From: Kiloniellaceae bacterium
GTDB taxonomy: Bacteria; Pseudomonadota; Alphaproteobacteria; Kiloniellales; Kiloniellaceae
Assembly: GCA_048268885.1 (NCBI GenBank)
Contig: JBLWUP010000028.1
Span: forward strand, 6,315 to 70,314
Direction: 5' to 3'
Length of the DNA stretch: 64,000 bases
Part shown: one piece after another, positions 28,264 to 37,979 of the stretch
Layout of the letters: each line of letters opens with the position of its first letter
How positions within the stretch are numbered: position 1 is the stretch's first letter
Program-made: the position numbers and the translations under genes
The notes under the pieces: generated by a model
The model's input: only the letters and a program-made list of their open reading frames with translations
Database searches by the model: none
Told to the model about the DNA's origin: nothing

Positions 28264-28725
28264 ATGGATGATATAGATCGAAGAATCCTGAAGGTGCTCC
28301 AGGAGCACGCCGACCTGCCGGTGGCCGACGTCGCCGAACGGGTCGGGCTCTCCGCGTCGCCCTGTTGGCGGCGGATCCAGAAACTGGAAGCCGAGGGGAT
28401 CATCGAGCGGCGCGTGGCCCTGCTGAATCCGGAGAAGATGAACGTGGGGGTGACGGTCTTCGTCGCCATCCGCACCAGCCAGCACGACGAGAACTGGCTG
28501 CGGGATTTTGCCGAGAAGGTGACGCGCATTCCGGAGGTGGTCGAACTCTACCGCATGAGCGGCGAGATCGATTACATGATGCGGATCGTGGTGCCGGACA
28601 TCAAAGCCTACGATGCGGTTTACAAGAAGCTCATCGCCGCGGTGCCGCTGTTCGACGTGAGTTCGAGCTTCGCCATGGAGGCGATCAAGTACACCACCGC
28701 GCTGCCCGTCGGCTACGCGCGCTAG
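28264..28725 (+). CDS. Lrp/AsnC family regulator (DecR-like)
   Basis: DRRILKVLQ, VGLSASPCWRRIQKLE, YRMSGEIDY, SSSFAME. Confidence 0.92.
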   Translation: MDDIDRRILKVLQEHADLPVADVAERVGLSASPCWRRIQKLEAEGIIERRVALLNPEKMNVGVTVFVAIRTSQHDENWLRDFAEKVTRIPEVVELYRMSGEIDYMMRIVVPDIKAYDAVYKKLIAAVPLFDVSSSFAMEAIKYTTALPVGYAR

Positions 28726-30071
28726 AAGGTCCAGCGCAGTTGAGCGGTAAGAATGTGGACGCGGTTCTGATACTCGCCGACCACTCTGCCGCTCTCAGGC
28801 CGGAACTGGTCGACCTGTGCATCCAATTCGTGATTGTAGGTGTAGCTGAAGTCCACCTTCATGGAGTCCAGCAGGCGGAGACCGGCGCCAAGCGCGAACA
28901 CCAGCCGGTCATTGCCCGGAATTCCCGGATTGCGGTTGGCATCAGGGATTGGCGTCTGATCGTAGGCAAAGCCAAGTCGGATGACATAAGGTTCCGCGGG
29001 TTGATATCGAAAGCCGACGGAGTAGCGGAACGAGTCGTTCCACTCCTCTTTCTGGACGATATCCGGCTGGTTGGTGTTGGCGAACTCGATCCTCAACGTT
29101 TCGAAACTGTGCCAGCGCGTCCAGGTCACATCGCCCAGCAAGGCGAACTTGGGCGAAAGCTCATGGTAGACGCTGGCTGAAAGCGAGGCCGGCAGCGTGA
29201 TTTCGACCGAGGCATCGGTGTCTTGGAACAGCGTCCCGCCCAGGGTCAAGGGCGCGGCCGCCGCAGGGACGTCGTAGTCGGCATCGCCCGTGAGACGGTG
29301 ATGAATCGACGAGCGGTAGGCTATGCCGATCCGCGTTCCGGGCTGGGGCGAGATCAGCACGCCAAAGTTATAGCCGAAGCCCCAGTCGCTTGCCTCGATG
29401 CTCAAGCGGCCGTCCGCCCCCTGGGGCACGATGCCGAGGCCCGTGCAGGCGCCGGGCCCGAAGAAGTCGTTGAAGCAAACCGTGCCGAAGTCGAGATCAC
29501 TGCGCCGCTTGCCTTCGGTGTATTGCGCGCTGACGCCCGCGCCGACGGAAAGCCAGCGGTTGACCTTGAACGCGATGGCAGGATTGACGTCGACAGTGGC
29601 GATCGCGGAGAGAAGCGTGTTGTAACGTCCGACCCAGTCGTCTTCGTATTCAGACGAGAGGCCGAAGGGCGACGTGATGCCCAGCCCCAGCTTTACTCTA
29701 TCGTTCAGATTCAGGACGCCGAACAGGCTGCCAACGGGAATGACAGGAGTTTTCAAGTCTTCCGTGCCGGCGATTGGGTTGCCGATACCGTCCACGGTTC
29801 CGCGGTTATCGAAGCTGTTGTTCAGGAAGAACGCGTTGACCGAGATCATCAGCTGATGGCCGTCTATCAGGGTCATGCCGGCGGGATTGTAGAACACCGT
29901 GCCTGCGTCTTCGGCAAGCGCGGCCGCCCCCGCCCCCGCGCTGCCCGCGGAAGTCGCGCTGTGCTCGGTGATGGCAAACCCGCCTGCCGCGGTCTCCCGG
30001 ATGCCGGAAAACCAGGTCATGACCAAGCAAAGATACAATGCCAACAACGACCGGGGCTGCATTCGGCGCAT
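28722..30071 (-). CDS. fadL: FadL/OmpP1/TodX outer-membrane channel for hydrophobic compounds
   Basis: ATG 30071; signal peptide; GGF..EHS..SAG.AGAG, NPAGM plug motif, NPAIAFKVN; C-terminal Phe (..QLRWTF). Confidence 0.88.
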   Translation of the reverse strand: MRRMQPRSLLALYLCLVMTWFSGIRETAAGGFAITEHSATSAGSAGAGAAALAEDAGTVFYNPAGMTLIDGHQLMISVNAFFLNNSFDNRGTVDGIGNPIAGTEDLKTPVIPVGSLFGVLNLNDRVKLGLGITSPFGLSSEYEDDWVGRYNTLLSAIATVDVNPAIAFKVNRWLSVGAGVSAQYTEGKRRSDLDFGTVCFNDFFGPGACTGLGIVPQGADGRLSIEASDWGFGYNFGVLISPQPGTRIGIAYRSSIHHRLTGDADYDVPAAAAPLTLGGTLFQDTDASVEITLPASLSASVYHELSPKFALLGDVTWTRWHSFETLRIEFANTNQPDIVQKEEWNDSFRYSVGFRYQPAEPYVIRLGFAYDQTPIPDANRNPGIPGNDRLVFALGAGLRLLDSMKVDFSYTYNHELDAQVDQFRPESGRVVGEYQNRVHILTAQLRWTF

Positions 30072-30326
30072 CGCTCCCCCCGACTGTCTTGCTGAACAAG
30101 ATAACACGTTTTTGTGGCACCGACCGTTGTATAGGATTGTAGTATTACCACTCGCCACACTCAAGTATTGAGTTGCAACGCAACGAAGAATTTCCACTAA
30201 AGAGTGGCGTTCGCTTTTAGCTTCCTGATAGAGATTTTTGATTCTGAATTAGAAAACCGGAACCGATACCTCTTGGCGCTGTAGGACCAGAGTTTTTCCC
30301 TAATTGGTTTCCCAGGGAGCGGACCG

Positions 30327-33300
30327 ATGAAGCCGGAGAACAGCCCCCAGAACGAGCGCAAGCGCGTCACGGTGCTGTTCGCCGACATCTCCGGCTCGAC
30401 TGAACTTGTCGAGAAGATGGATCCCGAGGACGTCGTTTCGGATCTCTTGCCGACAGTCGAACTGATGGTTCAGGCGGTCCAGCAGTTCGGCGGTACCGTC
30501 GTCAAGACGATGGGCGATGGGATCATGGCCATCTTCGGCGCGCCGGTCGCCCTCGAACGCCATGCCGAGCGGGCCTCTTACGCTGCGTTGGAGATCCAGC
30601 GGCTGGTCGAAGCGCAGCACAGTTCAGGCAGCGGAGATGATTCGACCGATATCCGCGTGCATCTCGGATTGACGACGGGGGAGGTTGTGGTCGGCTTCCT
30701 CGGTGACGAGGCCCATGCGACTTACGATGCCGCCGGTTTCACGGTTCACCTAGCGTCCCGCCTGCAGGCGATGGCGCCTGCAGGTGCAATTTACATCAGC
30801 CATGCCACGTTCAAATGGCTCGGAGACCGGTTTGTCTGCGATAGCCTCGGTCCCACGCGGGTCAGGGGCAGCGAGGAGCCTGTCAAAGTCTACGCGCTTA
30901 AGGGGTTGAAGCACGAAGGGGAACCGCATCCCGGGGCTCCGGGCGATCGCGAGGGCGTACCCTTTATCGGGCGCCAGCAAGAGCTCGATGAACTTCTCGC
31001 CACGACACGGAAGCTGATCGAAGGGCGTGGAAGCGTTGTTTCCATCGTCGGCGATCCGGGCATGGGCAAATCGAGACTGATAAGCGAGTTCAAGCGGGCC
31101 GTCGCCGAGATGCCCGTGACCTGGTTGGAGGGAGCCTCGCTGCCCTACGGAAGAACCCTCGCCTACTGGCCGTTCCTGGAATTGCTCCGCGGTTTTGCCG
31201 GGATCGTAGAGAACGACGACGAGTTGGAAGCCTGGCGCAAGCTCGAGAACCAGATTGTCGAGTTGTTCGGGGAGGAGGCAGCGGATGTCCTTCCCTACGT
31301 CGCAACCCTCCTGGGCCTGCGCGTCAGAGGCAAGCTGGATGAGCGGGTCCGGTTCCTTGATGGCGAAGGCGTGCGGCGCCAGATCTTTCGCAGCATGCGC
31401 CTGCTTCTTGCACGCCTGGCTCAGCAGCAGCCGGCCATCGTGCTGCTTGAGGATGCGTTCTGGATGGATCGCTCCTCGACCGTCCTTCTGGCTCACTTGA
31501 TCCCTCTTATTGAAGACCTGCCGCTCCTCATTTGTCTCGTGACCCGCGGGGAAAGCCTCGGCTCCGAAACGGGGATCCGCAGCGATGCTGCAAGTCTCTA
31601 TCCGCAACGTTATCAGGAAATCGTGCTCAACCCTCTCTCGGAGAGCGATACCGAGGCTCTCGTCGACCACCTAATGCAGACGTCAAACCTGCCTCTCCGG
31701 ATCCGAAAAGCCGTCTGCGCCGCCAGCGAAGGCAATCCGCTCTTCGCGGAGGAGCTCGCCCGCTCGCTTCTGGAAGGAGACTCGATGATGTCCCAGCAGG
31801 CGGGCGGAAGGCCGTCTGCCGCCTTCGCGGGAAACTGGCAACTTGAGCTTCCGGGGTCCATCGAAAGCGTAATCATGGCGCGGGTCGACCAGCTGGAAGA
31901 GTCGGCGAAGGAACTTCTCAAGACGGCCTCGGTCGTCGGGCGTACCTTCATCGTCCGTGTGTTGGCGGCGGTCACCGGCTCGGAAGAGGTCACGAGGAAC
32001 GGCCTGGTCGTCCTGAAACACGCCGACCTCATTCTCGATCGCCGGCGGGAGCCGGATCCGGAGTGCATGTTCAAGCATGTGCTGGTGCAGGAAGCGACTT
32101 ACAACAGCATTCTTGTCAAGCGGCGGCGCCAGCTCCATGCGAGGGTCGGAGACACGATCGAGCAACTCTTTAGCGACAGGCTGGACGACCTCGCCGGCCT
32201 TGTCGCGCATCACTACGCGCGTGCCGAGCAGTGGGAGAAGGCCCAGTTCTACCTTTTGAAGGCAGGCGATCAGGCCGACCGCCTGGCTGCCGACGAAGAA
32301 GCGCTGGCGCACTTCCAGATCGCGAGCGAGGCTTACCTGCGTGCCTTTGGACAGGAGGCGGAGCCGATTTGGCAGGCAACGCTGGCCCGAAAAGTCGGCG
32401 AGGCACACTACCGGAAGGGGGACAGCGAAGAAGCGAGAGATAAGTTCCGCGAAGCTCTTGGCCTGCTCGGCAGTCGGGATCCGCGAACCAAGTTTGGCCT
32501 GGTGTTCCAGATCATCTATCAAGTCACGGTTCAGCTTATTCACCGGCTGCTTCCCATCACTACTTTCGACCGCCGCCTGGGAAGCGCCACGCAGGCGGAC
32601 GAAGAGCGTGTCCGCCTCTACATCATGCAGTGGTGGTTGAACTTCTTCGAAAGCCCCTATCGAACGCTGCTCTACTCTCTGAAGACCTTGAATGAGAGCG
32701 AGGTCAGCGGCGCGGTTGACGGTATCGTGCACAGCTGTTCCACCCTGGGCTTCATATGCTGTGTCCTGGGGTTGACGGAGGTCGCCGAGAAGTATCACAC
32801 GCGTGCCGGCCTGCGGGCGCGCGACAGCAACAATCCGGTGGTATTCGGGCACGTTGCCTTGGGCTGGGGGTGGCAGGGAACCTACACCGGCCGCTGGCCT
32901 GATGCCGTCGCACATTTCCGGCGCTCGGCCGACGCCTCGCGCGGCGCCGGCGACCTGCGCCAGTGGGGCTCGGCGAGCTGGGGGACGATCCTGGTCCTTT
33001 GTCATCTGGGCCGATTTTCGGATGCCTGGGACTTGGCGCAGGAGCTGTTCGAGATCAGTGATGCTTCCAGCGATCAGGTGAATCTTCGTTGGAGCCATGT
33101 CGCACAGGGAGTGGTGTTGTTGCGCCTTGGCGCATTTGCTGCAGCGAAGCATCACCTCGAGACCGCCATCGCCGCCGGCGAGGCAGCGTCTGACTGGCAA
33201 ATCTATACGAAAGCGGCGTGCGAGCTCGCGCGATCGAGCCTGATGCAGGAGGACCTCACTGAGGCGGCGGCCTATCTGAAGGCGGCAGCGGGGACGGTCA

Positions 33301-33713
33301 GGAAGTTCGGCCTGCGGGGCCACCACGTCTGCGACCTGAAGAACGTCCAGGCAATGCTGCTACAGGCAAGATTCACGCGGGGCGGTCGCGGCTTGAAGTC
33401 GCTGGCTCTTCGCTGGCAATTCCAATGGGCCTGCTTTCGGGCGCTGCGCGGGGCTAAGACCTACAGCGGCGCGCTGCCGGAGGCGCTTCGCCTTCGCGGC
33501 CAGTGCGCTTGGCTCGCAGGTCGCCCGAAGAAAGCGCTGAAGTGGTGGGAGCTGTGCCGTAAGAAAAGCGAGCAACTCGGCGCCGCCTACGATCTCGCGT
33601 TGCTGGAGATCGAAATCGGCCGACGACTCGCCGACCGAGAACGCGTCGCCAGAGGCGAGGCGCGCCTCGCGCAATCCAGAAAGGGAGTTTCCATAAAGGA
33701 CCACAACGTTTAA
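30327..33713 (+). CDS. Class III nucleotide cyclase fused to STAND/AAA NTPase and TPR-like repeats
   Basis: VTVLFADISGST, KTMGDGIMAIFGAP, TVHLASRL; Walker A GDPGMGKSRL; Walker B LLEDAFWMD; GNPLF(AEE); FKHVLVQEATY; helical C-terminal repeats. Confidence 0.88.
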   Translation: MKPENSPQNERKRVTVLFADISGSTELVEKMDPEDVVSDLLPTVELMVQAVQQFGGTVVKTMGDGIMAIFGAPVALERHAERASYAALEIQRLVEAQHSSGSGDDSTDIRVHLGLTTGEVVVGFLGDEAHATYDAAGFTVHLASRLQAMAPAGAIYISHATFKWLGDRFVCDSLGPTRVRGSEEPVKVYALKGLKHEGEPHPGAPGDREGVPFIGRQQELDELLATTRKLIEGRGSVVSIVGDPGMGKSRLISEFKRAVAEMPVTWLEGASLPYGRTLAYWPFLELLRGFAGIVENDDELEAWRKLENQIVELFGEEAADVLPYVATLLGLRVRGKLDERVRFLDGEGVRRQIFRSMRLLLARLAQQQPAIVLLEDAFWMDRSSTVLLAHLIPLIEDLPLLICLVTRGESLGSETGIRSDAASLYPQRYQEIVLNPLSESDTEALVDHLMQTSNLPLRIRKAVCAASEGNPLFAEELARSLLEGDSMMSQQAGGRPSAAFAGNWQLELPGSIESVIMARVDQLEESAKELLKTASVVGRTFIVRVLAAVTGSEEVTRNGLVVLKHADLILDRRREPDPECMFKHVLVQEATYNSILVKRRRQLHARVGDTIEQLFSDRLDDLAGLVAHHYARAEQWEKAQFYLLKAGDQADRLAADEEALAHFQIASEAYLRAFGQEAEPIWQATLARKVGEAHYRKGDSEEARDKFREALGLLGSRDPRTKFGLVFQIIYQVTVQLIHRLLPITTFDRRLGSATQADEERVRLYIMQWWLNFFESPYRTLLYSLKTLNESEVSGAVDGIVHSCSTLGFICCVLGLTEVAEKYHTRAGLRARDSNNPVVFGHVALGWGWQGTYTGRWPDAVAHFRRSADASRGAGDLRQWGSASWGTILVLCHLGRFSDAWDLAQELFEISDASSDQVNLRWSHVAQGVVLLRLGAFAAAKHHLETAIAAGEAASDWQIYTKAACELARSSLMQEDLTEAAAYLKAAAGTVRKFGLRGHHVCDLKNVQAMLLQARFTRGGRGLKSLALRWQFQWACFRALRGAKTYSGALPEALRLRGQCAWLAGRPKKALKWWELCRKKSEQLGAAYDLALLEIEIGRRLADRERVARGEARLAQSRKGVSIKDHNV

Positions 33714-33832
33714 GCCGCGAGGTGTAGCGGGCGTCCGCCCCCTTCAAGGCCTTGGCGGGCTGGCGGCGTGGAGCCTGCCGCTACGGCAGTACTCTCGGAG
33801 GCGCGCCGCGCCCTGGCGGACTTCCTGTCGTC

Positions 33833-34441
33833 CTACTCCGGCAGCTCGAAGCCGGTGTCGACGCGGCGCACCTGGTAGCGGTTGCCGTTCACGAAGTGCT
33901 CGTACTCGAAGACCTGTTGCTCGAGCTTCAGGATCTTGTAGGCGTCGTAGAGCTGCTCGTTGCTGGTGTCGGCTTTCAGGAACATGCCGTCGTCGACCCA
34001 GCCCTTGGTCGAGAGAAAGTACACCGGACCGGAAATGCCCCATTCGCCGACCTCGACCTGCTCGCGGTAGCTGCCGTCGTCCTCGTAGAAGCGGAAGGTG
34101 ATGCGGAACACCCCATCGGGGAAGGCGTCGACGACCCAGCGCTTGGTGACGGCTTCGCCCTTCTTGTCCTCACCGTACCAGCGGCCGATGAAGACCTCGC
34201 GCGGCGCCTTCGCCATGGCGAGGGTCTCTTCGACCTGCGCCGAGGTGACATCGGGATCGCCGACGGCGGCGCGCGCCTGGTGGGTCCACATGAAGAGCAC
34301 CAGCGCCATGAGAATGGTGATGACGACGCCCAGCAGCGCGCCATTCCGGCGCTCGCTGTCGGACACGACGCGTGCCTGTGCGCGCTTCTTCTGTTTCAGC
34401 TTTCTCTCGCGCAGGCTCTGATTCCTTGTTTGCCAGCTCAT
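33833..34441 (-). CDS. Hypothetical membrane-anchored/exported beta-rich protein
   Basis: Basic N-terminus, one hydrophobic helix, beta-strand-rich domain (FIGRWYG..GEWG..YKIL); GC3-rich codon usage. Confidence 0.65.
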   Translation of the reverse strand: MSWQTRNQSLRERKLKQKKRAQARVVSDSERRNGALLGVVITILMALVLFMWTHQARAAVGDPDVTSAQVEETLAMAKAPREVFIGRWYGEDKKGEAVTKRWVVDAFPDGVFRITFRFYEDDGSYREQVEVGEWGISGPVYFLSTKGWVDDGMFLKADTSNEQLYDAYKILKLEQQVFEYEHFVNGNRYQVRRVDTGFELPE

Positions 34442-34749
34442 CTTCGCCTCTTCCTGTTGCGTGTCGCCGCCTTGCTGCAGCGGCCCCTTGGCACCCTGGG
34501 GCGTTAACCAATTCCTTGATCACTGCTTTGTATTTTAAGAGATTTTTTACTTTTTTGCGAAGACTTCGGTGAGCAGGCCGCAAATCTCATACATAAGCGT
34601 TGCGCCGGGCAGGGCGGCGGTCCCGGAAGGGTCGCAAAACGGGGCGGCTTCCACCACATTGCGCCAACAAGGTTAACGCCCGAAAGGCCGCTGCTTCCTT
34701 CGAGGCGCTGCGCGGCAGGCGCAGGAAGGTGGGAAATCCGGCGCGGCGT

Positions 34750-34990
34750 TCAGGCCGGCTGCGCTTGCGTGCGCCGCACCGCAGCGCAGATTTCCTTGTC
34801 GATGTCGCGCCGCAAGACCACGCCGTTGTTCCGGTCCCGGTAGGTGAAGCGAAAGATGACGCCCCGCTCCATCCAAAGGAGGCGCTCATCATCGGCGCAG
34901 CCCTGGTGCAGGAGCGGAGCATCGGTGAAGCGCGCGATGGCGGCGGCCGCCTCGGCGGGACAAGACGGTGCCTCGGTAGCTCGGAGAGAG
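34750..34990 (-). pseudogene. Possible remnant of an AspS/PA3611-like pilotin-fold gene
   Basis: Frame open 35073-34750 encodes ..QGCADDERLLWMERGVIFRFTYRDRNNGVVLRRDIDKEIC..; no suitable ATG or signal peptide. Confidence 0.3.
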
Positions 34991-35204
34991 GGCGGTTCGG
35001 ATGGAGGCAGTCTAGGGCGGGTTTGCCCCCCGCTTTCCAGCGGCGCGTTGCCGGCACGATGTTTCGCGCTCCCTCACACTTATGCTAACATTTGAATAAA
35101 CGAATATGTTAACTTGGTCACCCTGCTGGCGCGTCCGGGCTTTGCCTGCCGCGGTGCCGCCAGCGGCAAAAAAGAAACACAACAAAGCAGTGAGGAATGC
35201 CCCA

Positions 35205-35687
35205 ATGACCAGATTGCCCCTGACCAGGATACCGCTTTCCTTCGCCCTCGCATTGCTGCTGAGCGGCGGGTTGTTTGCCGGACAGGCTATTCAGAGCACG
35301 CCGGTGTCCGCCGGCGAGCAGCTGCACAAGATCGCCGTCCACGTCGATGAGGCCGACCCGCAGCGCATGAACATGGCGCTCAACAACGTGCAGAACATGA
35401 AGGCGTTCTATGACGCCGCCGGCCAGAAGGTGGAGATCGAGGTGGTGGCCTACGGTCCCGGCCTGCACATGCTGCGCAGCGACACCTCACCGGTGAAGGA
35501 CCGGATCTCGACGATGTCTTTGGAGATCGAAGGACTGACCTTTTCGGCCTGCGCCAACACCCTGAAGGGAATGTCGAAGAAAGAGGGCAAGGAGGTCGAA
35601 CTGGTCTCCGAATCCCACATGGTGCCTTCGGGGGTCGTCCGCCTCGTCGAGCTGCAGGAAGGCGGCTACGCCTACGTCAGACCGTAG
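35205..35687 (+). CDS. Periplasmic DsrE-family protein
   Basis: Signal peptide; ALNNVQN, EVVAYGPGLHML, FSACANTL, VPSGVVRLVELQE.GYAY. Confidence 0.85.
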   Translation: MTRLPLTRIPLSFALALLLSGGLFAGQAIQSTPVSAGEQLHKIAVHVDEADPQRMNMALNNVQNMKAFYDAAGQKVEIEVVAYGPGLHMLRSDTSPVKDRISTMSLEIEGLTFSACANTLKGMSKKEGKEVELVSESHMVPSGVVRLVELQEGGYAYVRP

Positions 35688-35788
35688 GGCGCGCCACCGA
35701 AAAGAAGAACCCCCGGGGACCGTCTTGCCGCCCTTGCCGGTGTCGGCAAGACGGAAACCCGCCTCGATCAAACGGAGGAAGTTCAAGC

Positions 35789-36739
35789 ATGCGTTTCGTC
35801 GTTCCGGTCCTGGCGCTGACGCTCGCGGCGGGATCGCCCGCCGCGGCCAGCGAAGATATTCCCGATCAGTATCCTCAGTCGCTGCTCTACAGCAAACCTG
35901 TGGAGGTGATCCCGCACGTCTGGTCCGCCATCGGGGCGACGGCGCCGCCGGGCTATGAGAACTCGGGACACAACAACAACCTGTCCTTCATCGTCACGGG
36001 CGAGGGTGTGATCGTCGTCAACGGCGGCGCCTGCGTTCAGCTCGCCAAGGCGCTGCACGACGAGATCAAGCAGGTCACCGACGAGCCGGTGAAGCTGGTG
36101 ATCAACGAGAACGGCCAGGGCCACGCCATGCTCGGCAATGCCTACTGGGCCGAACAGCAGGTGCCGATCCTGGCGCACGTCGAGGCGGCGGCGGAGTTCG
36201 AGGACCGCGGCGCGCAGATCCTCGCGCAGATGGAGAGTTACAATAAGGACAAGGCGGCGGGCACCGTCCTGCAGGGGCCGACGGAGACCTTCGAGGACGA
36301 GAAGATCATCGAGATGGGACGCTTCCGCATCGAAGTGAAGAATCTCGGCCCCGCCCACTCGCCGGGCGACATCGCCGTCTGGCTGCCCGAACAGCGCCTG
36401 GTGATTGCCGGCGACATGGCGTTTCACGAACGCCTGCTGCCGATCTTCGACGACACCGGCACGGCGGACTGGCTGGAGAGCTGGGAGAACTTCGAGGCGC
36501 TGGAGGCGACCTACGTCATCCCCGGTCACGGTCACCCGACCAACATGGACCAGGTGCGCCGCTACACGAAGGACTACCTGGTCTTCCTGCGCGGGCAGAT
36601 CGGCAAGCTGCTGGACGAAGGCGGCGGCCTGGAAGACGCCTTCTATGTCGACCAGTCGCCCTACGCTCATCTCGACACCTACGACGAACTGGCCAAGCGC
36701 AACGCCGGGCGCGTCTTCGAACAGATGGAGTTCGAATAG
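35789..36739 (+). CDS. SoxH-like periplasmic metallo-beta-lactamase-fold protein
   Basis: Signal peptide; GHNNNLSFIV, INENGQGHAMLGN in place of HxHxDH, AHSPGD, AGD, IPGHG. Confidence 0.8.
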   Translation: MRFVVPVLALTLAAGSPAAASEDIPDQYPQSLLYSKPVEVIPHVWSAIGATAPPGYENSGHNNNLSFIVTGEGVIVVNGGACVQLAKALHDEIKQVTDEPVKLVINENGQGHAMLGNAYWAEQQVPILAHVEAAAEFEDRGAQILAQMESYNKDKAAGTVLQGPTETFEDEKIIEMGRFRIEVKNLGPAHSPGDIAVWLPEQRLVIAGDMAFHERLLPIFDDTGTADWLESWENFEALEATYVIPGHGHPTNMDQVRRYTKDYLVFLRGQIGKLLDEGGGLEDAFYVDQSPYAHLDTYDELAKRNAGRVFEQMEFE

Positions 36740-36761
36740 CCGCCTGCGGTGACTCCCGTTC

Positions 36762-37850
36762 TCAGGCGGTCCGCAGGGTGTCGCGGCCTTGCCGGCGATA
36801 CTCGCCGGGCGTCCGGCCGGTGATCCGGCGGAACTCGCGATTGAAGTTCGACTTGGTGCGGAAGCCGGCTTCCAGCATGACGTCGGCGGCCGGCCGGTCG
36901 CTCTGAAGCAGCAGGGCCGCGGCATCTTCCACGCGCCGCCGGTTCACGAACTGGGAGAGGTTCTCGCCGCGCAGCCGGTTGACCGCTTCCGACACCCGCC
37001 GTGACGGCACGCTGAGGCGCCGCGCCAGCCGGCTGAGGCTGAGGTCGGGATCGTGGTGCAGTTTGTGGCTTTCCAGCAGCGTCTCGAGGCGGGCGATCAG
37101 CGCGCGGTCGGCTTCTGCGTCGCTGTCCTGGGTTTGTGCCGTCGCGGCGGATGGTGACGCGGCGCGCAGCGGATAGAAGACGGCGGCAGCCAACAGCACC
37201 GGGATGATGGCCGCACTGCCGAGGGCGATGAGGCCGCCGGCATGGCGCCCCGCCGCCGCCACGAAGTCGACCGCGATCGCGCCGTCCAGCGCGGCCATGG
37301 CGGCCAGCAGGGCGATCGCCGCCAGCAGCCAGGCGCGGGTCTGCGCCACCTCGCCGAAGCCCGCGGCCTCGAAGTGGTCGGGACCGCGCCGGTAGAGCCG
37401 GACCATCAGCACCAGATAGACGAGGAAGCTGCCGGCGATCAGCAGATCGACGATGCCGAGCGCCAGGGGCGCCAGGGGCGGCAAGGCCTGCGGATCAATC
37501 ACGGCCGGCGCCAGCCAGCAGGCGAGGATCGCCAGGCCCGCCGCCGCGGCGTGAACACGCGGCGCCTTTCCTTGCAAAACCTCCGGCGCCGCCATGGCCC
37601 GGAAGCCGAGATAGGTGAGCGGGCCGACGGCAAAGGGCAGGGCGCGCTGGAAGGGGGCGAGGGCCTCCACGCCGTAGCCGAAGCGCAGGCCGACCAGCAG
37701 GGCCTGCAGCGCGAAGACGCCGAACAGCAGGGCGAAGCAGCGGCGGCTGCCCGGGGTGCCCGCCCGGCTGCGGACGACGAGCAGCGCCAGCACCAGCGCC
37801 ACGGCGGCCGTCAGGAAAGAGATCGGCAGGGAAGGAAGGGACGACAGCAT
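36762..37850 (-). CDS. Membrane-anchored AraC family regulator
   Basis: About six N-terminal TM helices; C-terminal LSLSRLARRL..VSEAVN..FVNRRRV..AGFRTKSNFNREF. Confidence 0.88.
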   Translation of the reverse strand: MLSSLPSLPISFLTAAVALVLALLVVRSRAGTPGSRRCFALLFGVFALQALLVGLRFGYGVEALAPFQRALPFAVGPLTYLGFRAMAAPEVLQGKAPRVHAAAAGLAILACWLAPAVIDPQALPPLAPLALGIVDLLIAGSFLVYLVLMVRLYRRGPDHFEAAGFGEVAQTRAWLLAAIALLAAMAALDGAIAVDFVAAAGRHAGGLIALGSAAIIPVLLAAAVFYPLRAASPSAATAQTQDSDAEADRALIARLETLLESHKLHHDPDLSLSRLARRLSVPSRRVSEAVNRLRGENLSQFVNRRRVEDAAALLLQSDRPAADVMLEAGFRTKSNFNREFRRITGRTPGEYRRQGRDTLRTA

Positions 37851-37979
37851 CGGTGTCTCTCGGCTGGCCGCTGAGTGGTACTCGATCGCGATTCAGGTTT
37901 TGAATCCCCGGGGCGCCGGGCTGCAGCCGCCCGCAGGGGAGCATAGCTTCATGGCCTCTCTCGAACACGGAGTTTTGCC

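Noticed and set aside
34731-34746. Cobalamin riboswitch-like GGGAAATCCGGCGCGG
   Set aside because: Missing the CCCGCCACTGT element and the rest of the B12 box; no B12-related gene downstream
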